This document shows, piece after piece, positions 50,701 through 61,487 of a stretch of DNA of 61,487 nt. The first letter of the stretch is position 1, and the number at the start of each line of letters is the position of its first letter. The translations under genes were made by a program, and so were the position numbers. Source of the DNA: Seison nebaliae (lineage: Eukaryota); contig JALJEE010002570.1 in assembly GCA_023231475.1 (NCBI GenBank), forward strand, positions 62,001 to 123,487, written 5' to 3'. The notes below the pieces were generated by a model that did no database searches, was not told where the DNA came from, and was given only the letters and a program-made list of their open reading frames with translations.

Positions 50701-52218
50701 CACCCATCTCTACATGAGTATGACTCTAATTATTAGACGTCATCAATAAATTTCCTAACGGTTTTTCCTTCGCACACACTGTCAAATAATTCGTTACTTC
50801 CACGTTTCATACAGAGATTATTTTCCACGTAATCACTACAATGCTACGTATTCTCTATTGTGAAGATGTGCGCGTTCTGTAAAACCGTTATTTTTCAAAT
50901 TATTTCCATCTCACAAAAATCACATGCAGACATATCCGTCTCATTTTTACAGTTGTTTCTCTTACAAATTTATTTATTAACTTATTTGTTAGTATGTACA
51001 AATCCATCTCACGAAAATATTTCCACATGCCGAACAATGTAGTTTTAATGAAAATATTAGTCATTTCAAGAAGTTTTTTTGGACCACTTCCGAAAGAAAG
51101 ATAAGATATCATCGAATTCCAACAAATACTAATAGTGTGATTCGACTTTGAAATAAAAGGAAATGACATTTGCTACAATATATATAGATGAGAATAACGG
51201 CTATTGTGTATGAGATAGTCTCACATCAATGTCGATTGTGGTAAGTTTTTTTTCTCAATTTTATTCTTTTATTTTCGTAGTAGAAGAAAAGTAGCAGATT
51301 AGCAACCGTTCAATTGAGACTAAAACAATAAGTAAACAATGAATTTGTCGTGGGAGAGTTTATCTGGTGAGACTTTTTTTTCTGAAGTAAATTATGAGAA
51401 TATATCGACAACGATTACTCGTCAGTTGTTCGTGAGTGACAAATGAATAATTTTAGTGTCTAATCTATAAAAATCAGTTACGTTGTATCCGATTTGTGAG
51501 GGATATTAACGAATCGTCACAATCCATTCTCTAATCAATTAATTGATACTAATTGGAAGTGGATATGTCTCTTGGTTTCACTTGTTTTTCTTAACGAATC
51601 AACTAAATTGATGTGAGGAAATTAATTAAGTAATAAAGTGGATAAGAGATGTGAGGATCTTGAATTGGATAGTATATAAAAAACGAGATATTTGTAAATG
51701 AGAATACCATTGACTCGTCTTTCTTTTTTTTATACAACATTCGAAAATTGTTTTAAGAAGAAAAAAAAATAATCGAAAATTTTTTTTTTGTTTACTAAAA
51801 AAATTATGGGAAAATCGAAAAGAATGAATAATTATCAAATTTTCCATATGAATAAAGATATCAGGAAAAGCATATATTTCAGGAAATATTATAAGAAGTT
51901 TGTTTTAATTTTTCTTCAACGTTTTTACTTCGTAATTCATTTGGTAAATGAAATTTTTAATTAACTCCCCAAATTCCCGACTGTCTATTAAGCTTATTTT
52001 CATTTAAAATGGGCGAAATATGTATTTTCATTGATGGTGCGTGTCTCTCATTTCATAAATTGAATTTGGATGATTGCTTTTTCCAATTGAATCTGTATTT
52101 TCTCCAAATGAATGTCAAATTCTCGCTGAAAATCAATTTGAAAAATTGAATTTTTTTTTGAGAAGAATCTTTTGGATAATTTTGGAAAAATAATTTTCGT
52201 TCCATACATATTTTTCAG

Positions 52219-54589
52219 ATCATCATCGACATTTACTCCTACAACATTCACGTCAACTCTCTCATTTGGAAAACGTCCGAACGATTCGAACACAACTTTG
52301 ATTGGTAGTCCTGGTTATTATCATCTTCATTTAATTGATCACTCAAAATTTTAATTCAAATTTTATTTGATCGATATTGATATTTAGGATCTTCAGGAAA
52401 GAAATCTTTGAAGAATATGAATAATTCAAATGAGTTAATATAATTTTTAACTAAATTCCTCATTAATTTCTATTTTATTTATTATTAGTGAAGCAATCGA
52501 TATTGAAGATAAATCACCAAGAGAACTTACAACAACACCAATTCTTAGAATTGAGAAACGAGTCAATTCAAGAACGTTATCGAAGCAACCATTACCGAAT
52601 ATTTTATCAAAGGATTCGTGTGTTTCATTTCCATCAATAACATCATGTCCTTCTTCTTCATCGTTAACGACGTCATTAAATAATTCGGATGAAGAATGTT
52701 TTCAACAGTTAAAGAAAGATCAATTACTTTCACCATCTCCTTATAAAAACAGTGAATCCATCGGGAGATGTTATAAGAAGAATGATAAATTAATGAAAGT
52801 TCATTTACAACAAAATACGACAACTGCTAGTGCAACTTGTAGTCCAGATAGTGGAAGTAAAAACGATTTAAATTCATTTGATGAAGTAAAGAGAAGTCAA
52901 AGTATGTTGGAGGATGATGAAGTGAAATCAATGAAATATATTGGAGATATTGTTCATCATTTTTGTCATCGGAAGATTATTGATCGGACGAAGATAATGT
53001 CGAAATATGAAGGGAATGTGATGGAATCGCCATTAATTCTCAAATCACCTGACCAGGATACTTTATATCATTTATTTCGATATAAACGAACACCAACTAA
53101 TAAAAAAGATGTTGTTGATAATGAAATTCTTCAACATAATTTTCGACGATCTAATTCCATCAAACGTGCTCATAATGAAACTGAGAATCAGAAGAATGAA
53201 AAGAGAATAAATGACGAGGAAAAGGTGAAAGATGAGAATGTGCATCATTTAATCGACACTTTCCAGAAATGTGAATCGATCGATACGACGATGGCAAAGA
53301 AGATTTGTCGAATTGACATGTCAACTGGCAACGCCAAGAGGAGAAATGGGAAAACGAGATTTGGAATGTGGGGTCCCGAAACCATTTTTGAAAATGATGA
53401 TATGGAAGGAAATTCCAATTGTTTACCATCCATCGAAGAAGAGAATAAGGAAAACGAAGAAATACCATCACGATTTTCACGTAAACCAACTACCGATCAA
53501 CAAAAGGAGAGACATGTGGAAATTTCAATGAGTTTGAATAATCTTATTGGAGATAATTCGTTAGAAACGTTTATGCCAACAATTGAATCATCGAAGAATC
53601 CTGGTCTTTATTTCATCACACCAGAACAATTGGTGGAATTTATGAAATTTTGTCATGATCGTCAATCGAATATATTGACACCAGAATATGTGATAATAGA
53701 TTGTCGATATCCCTACGAATATGAAGGAGGACATATTAAAGTTTATTTTATAAATATTATTTTTGTTTAATCATCATTTTGTGATAGAATGCGGTAAATG
53801 TTTATACAACAGGAATGCTTCAGAAATTATTTATGGAAAGACCGAAAGTATGTCAAAATTGCAATAATCGTTTCATTATTATATTCCATTGTGAATTCTC
53901 ATCAGAACGTGGACCACAAATGTTTCATTTTCTTTTACTTTTTAAATATTCAATTTCATTTTTAAAATTTTTAGGGCACGAGATCTTCGGCATATGGATC
54001 GTGATTTACATCGAGCTTCTTATCCTAATTTGTATTATCCAGAAATTTATGTTCTGAAAGGCGGATACAAAACATTTTATGAAAAAGGATATGTTAGTAA
54101 ATTTTCCTTTTTCTATCAATCTATTATTTGTCTTAGGTAAATTATTGTCAACCACAATCATATCTTCGAATGCATCATCCAAGTTTCAGTCAAGAATATT
54201 TAGCATTCCGTGATCGTGCTTTATTGTCTAATCAATGTTTTTCTGGAATGACAACGAACTTTAAAGCACGTCGTCCAATTGCTCGAATGTCGTCTCGACC
54301 ACAATTAATAAAGGCACAATCGATTAATGAAGATATGGTGTTGAGGAGACATAAAATTGAGAATAAATGTAAAGCAAATAATGATGGAAGTATAGAAAGA
54401 AGAGGAATGAATGGAGCTCGTGTATCTCCAACATCTTTTTGCTATCGACAAAGTGAACGAATAGTTGAAGGACGCGAAGAATCTCTAATCAATTCTCCAT
54501 TTCGTCACACTCCAAATTTCCTTCGTGGAGACAAACCATCAATCGATCTCTCTCATACTTCGCGTTGCATGAGAAGATTACAATTCTAA
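52219..54589 (+). CDS. CDC25: M-phase inducer phosphatase Cdc25, multi-exon; first coding exon not resolved (lies upstream of 52219)
   Basis: IIDCRYPYEYEGGHIK, IFHCEFSSERGP catalytic loop, LYYPEIYVLKGGY; long S/T-P-rich N-terminus. Confidence 0.93.
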
Positions 54590-55429
54590 TAATAATTTAA
54601 TGATCTTTTATTTCAGTGAATTATTTCTAATTATTTTATTCTTTCTCTCCTACTGTTTTTTTCGATTCATCATCATCATCACTCATCAGAAAAACAACAT
54701 AATTCCTTCATCATCCAAATTATTATTTGTTATTTTCCAATTTATTCGATAACTTTCTCCCTATTATTCATAACCAAATCACCACTCACTACTCTCAGAA
54801 ACACAACAAATCAATTTCTCAAACAAATTGATCAACATTTTATTGGGAATTTTATTTTTCCCACAAACATCTCATCTTAATGTTAACATGTAAACTATTT
54901 AACCTAATTTAATGATTTAATTATAATCATGATGTATTTCTTAAATCAACTTCTACCCGATTAAATTTCATGATATTACTTTATTTAATGATATTCTTAT
55001 ATCCAATAATATTTCCCATAACAATACTATAATTTTCATCCTTTTAATCATATCTTCTCGCTAGATTGTGCATCGTTCAAAACAAAGATCTTTTTTTTTC
55101 AATCACCTCTAACAGTAGTCGCAGAATTTTTCTAATTTATTTTATAATTTTTCTAAACTTTTTTCTCCTTCAGGAACATTGAATAAGTTTAGGAAATATT
55201 TTTTTTCAACTTTCTAACAACTTCATTATTCAGAAAATATTTTCACTACTTTCTACTTCACAAACTACTAATTGGTGAAATATTTTCAAAACTAACTAAC
55301 AAAATCTTCCAACATTTCCACCTCAACAACCTCATATTTCCATCATTTCGTTGTAGGTGAAATTTATTTTAGATCAATAAAAAAGAAAAATGTTTCACAT
55401 TAACCATTTTTAATGATACTTCTCAATTA

Positions 55430-56467
55430 CTACCTTCGTCTGCCTCCGGGCTGAGGTCTCGAAGCTGTCTTAGCCAGTGGTTTCTTCTCGGGAGCTTTAG
55501 GAGTTGGCGATGGTTTCTTTTCAGAAGGAAATGCTTTTTCGAAATCCCTTATATTAATAGCGGTGTTCGGTTTAATCAAACTCATATTCTTAATAGTCTT
55601 TTCATTCAAATGGAAATCGCTAAATGGTACATTTGTCCGAATATTTTTTGCCGTCTGAACACATGGTTCAATAGTTTTCGAATGATAATTCCAGCCATAA
55701 CTAATTGAATGATATCGTAAATCGTTGGCATTAAGTGGAGCATTAACTTTCTTCCCAAAAATGTTAGGTGGTGCATCTCGTAGAGATACATGCTGGAAAT
55801 AACGACATGGTAATATAAAAAACTTTTCACTTCCTTTCAATCGGATTCGAAGAACTCCAGTTCCAGCTAATGCAGCTGGTTTACTTAATCGTTGCATGAG
55901 AATATCAGGGACAAAAATTTTCGCATATTGTTTAATCTCCAATAAAGTGTCTGTTGATAAACGATAGGCCGCTTGTATTATCTCGTTTTCTATATCAGGA
56001 TCTTCCATTTTACGGAAACGAACAGTGAAATCGGCATTACCTTCTTCGATCACCGATGTGATTTGTGGGGGCAGACGATTATTTTGAGTACGATCTATAA
56101 CAATTGAAGAATTGTGACGATTGAGTAATGTCATAATTTTACAGGTGTGTGAACTGTATCCGAAACATGCCGCTTTTGTTATTCTGAAATAATCTTTAAT
56201 AAAAAATCTCAAATCATTTTCGTTCAATTCTCCATGGTCGTCGAATAACATATTTTGGATTGCCTGCATTTGATCAAATATTTCCGATTCTTTATTCGTT
56301 CGGTTGTCACTATCATGGAGACAATGAGAGAGAAAATTCCATAAAGTTTTTCGCATAGCAAAGTCATGATATCTGGTGTGACTACGAATTGAGCGAGGAT
56401 GCTGTCCTCGATTTTTGTCAGCCGAATTATTTTCATTTTGTGGAAATACTTTTCGATACAAATTCAT
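55430..56467 (-). CDS. Unknown-family protein, tandem paralog 1 (345 aa, intronless)
   Basis: Full-length similarity to 57322..58290 and 58636..59595. Confidence 0.85.
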   Translation of the reverse strand: MNLYRKVFPQNENNSADKNRGQHPRSIRSHTRYHDFAMRKTLWNFLSHCLHDSDNRTNKESEIFDQMQAIQNMLFDDHGELNENDLRFFIKDYFRITKAACFGYSSHTCKIMTLLNRHNSSIVIDRTQNNRLPPQITSVIEEGNADFTVRFRKMEDPDIENEIIQAAYRLSTDTLLEIKQYAKIFVPDILMQRLSKPAALAGTGVLRIRLKGSEKFFILPCRYFQHVSLRDAPPNIFGKKVNAPLNANDLRYHSISYGWNYHSKTIEPCVQTAKNIRTNVPFSDFHLNEKTIKNMSLIKPNTAINIRDFEKAFPSEKKPSPTPKAPEKKPLAKTASRPQPGGRRR

Positions 56468-57321
56468 GATTCCAATTTTCTACTTTACTTCTCTTCTGAA
56501 CAATGAGTTCTCATATAGTTTTAAAAAGTTTAACAATACTTCTAAATAAATATGTTTTTCGATTGATTTGAAATGCAAAGATTACTTCAATAAAATTAAT
56601 TTTAATAACTACATCTATTTAACTAGCTATCGTTCACTGTTTGCCAAATTGATGACAACAACTTTCGGATTGATTTTCAACATAATAATTTATAACATAA
56701 ACCTAATATTTTTGTTTAGAATGCAAAGGAGGCAAAGAATATTCGTACAATATGTATATTGTATCAGTCATAATAGTTTAATATTTTGAAATCGTAGTTT
56801 TAATGATAAATTACTTACGCTAATAATATGTATACTGCTGCTATACAACTATAACTTCAAGAAAGTCCGATTGATAAGTACCTATTCTGACCGATCGATA
56901 AGTCCGACCGATAAGTTGATTGAAAATGAATGTACAATGACTTACAAAAGGAGAAGAAATTGTTAGAAATAAATATGATAGAAAGCTTGAAATAGTTGTA
57001 GTGTAGAAAGTATGCTTAGGATAATTGTCTTATTCAAGAATATATTAAAATTATATTAAACTTTCATCAAACTTCCTTAAATATTAACATGAATGCAAAC
57101 ATTCTTAATTTGAGAATTGATTAAATCTCGAAATTCATATTCAGATCTCAAAATGGAGAACATTCGAAATCGAACCTGATGATTAGCAAGAACAGGAATA
57201 AAAGGATGAGTAATTAAATCCATGAAATTAAACTAGTTGAAATTAGGTAAGTTAACAAAGTCAGAAAATTTCCAAGTTCAAATTTATTCTAACTAACTCT
57301 AAGAAATGAACTAACTTAAGT

Positions 57322-58290
57322 TTATTTCTTCTTTATTTGGTGCGTACTTGGAATTCTCAGTGATTGAGATTGGAAACTTCTCACACTTGCCGCCCTACTC
57401 GGTCTCACGAAACTTAAATTTTGAGTAGTTTTTTCGTTCAAGTTGAAGTTGCTAAATGGTACAGTTGTTTTTAGATTCTTCGGTGTCTGCACACATGGTT
57501 CGATGCTTTTCGTATTGAAATTCCATCCGTAACTAATTGAATGATATCGTAAATCATCGGCATTTAACGACTTAGCAGGTTTCTTGCCAAATATTTCGGG
57601 AGGAACATCTCCTAAACTTACATGTTGGAAGTAACGACATGGTAATATGAAAAATTTTTCGCTTCCCTTCAATCGAATTCGAAGAACACCAGTACCAGCT
57701 AACGCACCAGGTTTTGTTAAATGTTGTATGAGAATTTTCGATACCAAAATTTTTGCATGTTGTTTAACCTCCAATAAAGTGTTTGTCCTTAAACGATAAG
57801 CAGCTTGTATAATTTCGTTCTCTATAAGAGGATCTTCCATTTTTCGAAAACGAACGGTAAAATCAGCACTACCATTCTCCACACGGCCTTTGATTTTTGG
57901 CGGTAATGGTTTACATTTAGAACGATCAATAGTAATGTCACATTTCTGGCGATTCAACAATGTCAAAACTCGACAACTATGTGAATCATATCCAAAACAA
58001 GCTTCTTTTGTTGTCATCGGATTATCTTTAACAGACAATTTCGAAGTTTCCATTTCCCGAACATCATCAAACAGAATATTTTGGATAATTTGCATTTGAT
58101 CAAAGTTCTTTGATTTAATGTTCGTTCTATTATCTACGTCATGAAGACAGTGAGATAAAAAATTCCATAAAGTTTTTCGCATCGCAAAATCATGGTATTT
58201 GGTATGACTGCGAACTGATTCTGAACCAGCGCGAGAATTGGCTGCGCAATTATTTTCATTTTGTGGGAATATTTTCCGAAAGAATTTCAT
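57322..58290 (-). CDS. Unknown-family protein, tandem paralog 2 (322 aa, intronless)
   Basis: Shares RSHT.YHDFAMR.TLWNFL.HCLHD, DFTVRFRKME, GTGVLRIRLK, PCRYFQHVS, RYH.ISYGWN with neighbours. Confidence 0.85.
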   Translation of the reverse strand: MKFFRKIFPQNENNCAANSRAGSESVRSHTKYHDFAMRKTLWNFLSHCLHDVDNRTNIKSKNFDQMQIIQNILFDDVREMETSKLSVKDNPMTTKEACFGYDSHSCRVLTLLNRQKCDITIDRSKCKPLPPKIKGRVENGSADFTVRFRKMEDPLIENEIIQAAYRLRTNTLLEVKQHAKILVSKILIQHLTKPGALAGTGVLRIRLKGSEKFFILPCRYFQHVSLGDVPPEIFGKKPAKSLNADDLRYHSISYGWNFNTKSIEPCVQTPKNLKTTVPFSNFNLNEKTTQNLSFVRPSRAASVRSFQSQSLRIPSTHQIKKK

Positions 58291-58635
58291 GACTTTTTTT
58301 TCAATAATAAATTGGATTGAACAAGTTCAATAATGATTTCTAATCAAATTAGTTTTTCGGTTCATTTAGATTATTTATAGTATCTCCCATCTGATAGTTG
58401 AAAAGTGTTGGATTTTCAAAAAATAATTATAATTTATACAATATTTTGAGATTAACACAATGAATTGATGTGGTATTATATAATTTTAGAAAAAATGAAT
58501 AACTGATAAATGAAATGAAATATGTAGCAATAATGAATAGTGCTTTTGATAATGAATTTTAAATTTTATTGAATGAGGAACCTGAAAAAACTTAGAAGAA
58601 TTGGAATTTAATGTATAGTCGTACAAGGCGATAGG

Positions 58636-59595
58636 TTATTTCGTTTGCTTTTTGGGAACATTCATGTCGAGAAAAGCTTTCTCAAAAGCGTCAATGTTAA
58701 TATTTTTATTTGGTCGGACAGCATTCAAATTGTTGACAGTATCTTCATTCAATTCGAAAGCACTAAATGGCATATTCGTCTTCATATTCTTCTCCGTTTG
58801 CATACACGGCTCGACCGTCTGTGTAATAAAATTCCAACCATAACTTATAGCATGATATCGGAAATCGTTAGCAGTAATGGGAAAACTCTGATTGATATGA
58901 TATATACCCTCTGGAACACTTGCCGGCGATACATGTTGAAAATAGCGACAGGGCATTATGAAAAATTTTTCACTATTTTTCAATCGAATTCGAAGAACTC
59001 CCGTTCCTATCAATGCACCTGGTTCCGTTAACCGTTTTAATAAAAGATGAGGTACAAAAATCTTTGCGAATTGTTTAATTTCGATGATGGTGTCAGTTGC
59101 AAGATGAAAAGCGGCTTCAGTTATTGCTTCTTCAATTTGAGGCTGTTCCATTTTACGAAAACGAACCGTAAAATCGATATTACCTTCTTCAACATTCGAT
59201 GATATTAGAGGTGGAAGTCTCTCATTTTTCGATCTATCAATTATTATATCTGCATTGTGTCGATTTAAAAAAGTAAGAAATCTGCAGTTATGATTTCGAT
59301 AACCATAACAACTCGATTTTTTCCTATGTTTATCAATGAATTCTTCACTAGCCGGATCGGAATTGTCGTCAAACAACATATTCTGAATAACTTGCATTTG
59401 ATCGAAATTAACAGATTCCTTATTTGTTCTATCTTCCACGTCGTGAAGGCAATGAGCAAGGAAATTCCATAGAGTTCGACGCATGGCAAAATCATGATAT
59501 CTGGTATGACTGCGAACCGACATAGCTCCACCTTGAGATTTAGTCGCCGAGTTATTTGCATTTGTCGAAGAGAAAACTTTTCTAAGAAAGTCCAT
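58636..59595 (-). CDS. Unknown-family protein, tandem paralog 3 (319 aa, intronless)
   Basis: Same conserved blocks as the two adjacent paralogs. Confidence 0.85.
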   Translation of the reverse strand: MDFLRKVFSSTNANNSATKSQGGAMSVRSHTRYHDFAMRRTLWNFLAHCLHDVEDRTNKESVNFDQMQVIQNMLFDDNSDPASEEFIDKHRKKSSCYGYRNHNCRFLTFLNRHNADIIIDRSKNERLPPLISSNVEEGNIDFTVRFRKMEQPQIEEAITEAAFHLATDTIIEIKQFAKIFVPHLLLKRLTEPGALIGTGVLRIRLKNSEKFFIMPCRYFQHVSPASVPEGIYHINQSFPITANDFRYHAISYGWNFITQTVEPCMQTEKNMKTNMPFSAFELNEDTVNNLNAVRPNKNINIDAFEKAFLDMNVPKKQTK

Positions 59596-59710
59596 TGTTT
59601 AAAATAAAAATCGGAATTTCTTCCTTTTTAATATTGTTTCCCGATTGTTTCATCAAAATTGTATTTGGAAAGAAATTTTATTAAAAATCAACAATTTTAT
59701 CTTAAATTTC

Positions 59711-61082
59711 TTACTCTTCCTCTTCTTCAGCATCTTTTGTTTCCAAGGTATCTTTGTCTCCTAAAGTTTCCGAATCCATTTCGGATTGATTGTCTGGTCT
59801 GTCCGAAGGCATATCTTCTGGAGTACGTCCTTTAATAATTTCTTGTGCATCTTCTTTCTCTTCTGGAGAATATGCTTCTTTATCCAATCGATTTAATGTG
59901 GGTAGCCATTGGAGAACTTCCGATCTATAATCTTCCAATGCAGCAGTTATTGGATTATCTAATAAATGGGAATTATTTTAAAAATTAAAATTTACAAAAT
60001 GAAAAACCTAATAGAATAAGAGATTCTAATTTGGGTAATCTTTGTAGTCGTTTAACATCTCTCAATTCTTCCACATTATTCTCCCTTGAATTTTTATTAT
60101 TACAATTTGAAAAATAATTAAAATATTTTCAACCTTATATTGAAATATATTAGAGAAGTTAAATTTTCTCCCAAATAATGAAGTTCTGTCAAATTATTCT
60201 TTCTTGCGTGGAATGTTACCAGACCCGTTAAATTTTCTAATCCCCTTAATGTTCTTAAGTCATTATATCCCTAAATTGAAGTTGAATTAATTTACAATGT
60301 ATTTCATGACATAAACCAAATATAAAGTTTTTAGTGATGGAATATTCATCTTTTCGATTGAACGAATCTTATTATGAGACAGATCCAAATATGACAAATT
60401 CACCAATACTTCTTGACCACTTAATTCTTCGATGATTTCAATTTCATTATCTATTTAAACTGATTACAAAAAAAAATTTACGAAATTTGAATTAACTTGA
60501 AAGATATAATTTTGTTAATCTGGGATGGGAGAATCCATCATTGATATTCTTCGTTGAAATTGTTGTCAATACATTCTTTTTGCAAGAGAATATTTGAAGA
60601 TACGGCAGTGGTTGGAAACCGGAGAGTGATTCAATTTTATTATCATCCAAATTTAATGTTAATAAATGAATTAAATAATTCAGAGAGTTGACAGTATCGG
60701 GCCCAGTTAAAGAATTACTGGACAAGTTCAAATAACAAATATTGACGAATTTTTTCAGAATTGTTACAGAAGTTAAATTCCTTAAGATAAATAAAGAATT
60801 TATGAGATTTGGCACTGAATTTAAACTTTTTGATTAATTCCAAACGGAGAAATGCATAATTCATTCCATTACCACATTTTCCTAAGAGTGATAAATTCTC
60901 TCCTACCATTTTATCATCCAACGGAACAACGACGTTCTCAACAGTCTTTTTCGTTTCCTCCTCATGCATCTCATCTCCGGCCTCTTCTTCATCTAGACTT
61001 TGCTGGTAATAGATGAGATAAGTAATGATTAACTATCATTATAGAAGAATTAACTAACAGAAAATTCGTCCGAATCCGACAT
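59711..61082 (-). CDS. LRRC23: Leucine-rich repeat protein 23 (axonemal radial-spoke associated), multi-exon
   Basis: Acidic N-terminus MSDSDEF..., PLDDKMVGENLSLLGKCGNGMNYAFLRLEL, LRRs, C-terminal DYRSEVLQWLPTLNRLDKEAY cap. Confidence 0.88.
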
Positions 61083-61105
61083 ATTGTCAAATAATACTTC
61101 CAATT

Positions 61106-61118
61106 GTTTCTAAGCAAC
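61106..61118. promoter_or_regulatory. X-box-like element upstream of LRRC23
   Basis: GTTTCTAAGCAAC, about 24 bp upstream of the ATG at 61082. Confidence 0.6.
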
Positions 61119-61487
61119 CAGTAAACTAATAATTCATTTATTCCACTACCATTTTTTCTCATTAAAAGTTCTTTTAAACATTTCCAAGTATTTAGCTGAT
61201 AATTTCATCGCTTAGTTTTAGCCAATTGTTAGTATTCTTAAGAAAATTAACAATTCAAATGAGAATAAAAAATTCTATGTGCTACGGGAGGAACATCGTA
61301 ATTGTAACAAGTTTTAATATTATGCATGTGTAAGCTGGTCGGCCTGCGTTAATTAAGATTATAATGGAGAGAGATTATTGAAGTGGATTGATAAAAATTA
61401 ATTGTTTTTATTCAATTAAATTTCATAAAGTAAAATGATAATTTTATAATCGTCATAATATGATTTCGTAGGATTTGTTAGAATTTA

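Noticed and set aside
51188..51240. Candidate first coding exon of Cdc25 with strong GTAAGT donor
   Set aside because: Splicing to the 52219 acceptor creates TG|A = stop in that frame; at most a 5' UTR exon or uORF

Overview
AT-rich, very gene-dense animal (eukaryotic) genomic DNA with short (mostly ~40-70 nt) GT-AG introns; no prokaryotic features, CRISPR arrays, rRNA or tRNA were recognised. Recognisable genes in order: secreted multi-EGF protein (-), ERLEC1-like ER lectin, POP4/Rpp29, a 1186-aa orphan, Barx homeobox (-), Slingshot phosphatase, a PPxY single-pass membrane protein, ARL16 (-), Tweety, a catalytically degenerate GH18 chitinase-like protein (-), GFAT/GFPT, a small spliced type-I membrane protein, KIF19 (-), a 436-aa orphan, LHFPL, Tectonic (-), NDUFA9, an RluA-type pseudouridine-synthase-like protein (-), TAF9-like (-), TSNAXIP1-like (-), Cdc25, three tandem intronless paralogs of an unrecognised family (-) and LRRC23 (-). 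Barx plus the compact architecture suggests a non-model, probably spiralian invertebrate (inference only). Highlights: the three-gene unknown family with a possible PD-(D/E)xK-like motif, near-universal GTT 5' splice sites, two candidate frame-preserving microexons in GFAT at the site of the vertebrate muscle-specific exon, and RFX X-boxes beside ciliary genes. All gene identities come from motif recall and manual splicing, not database searches.
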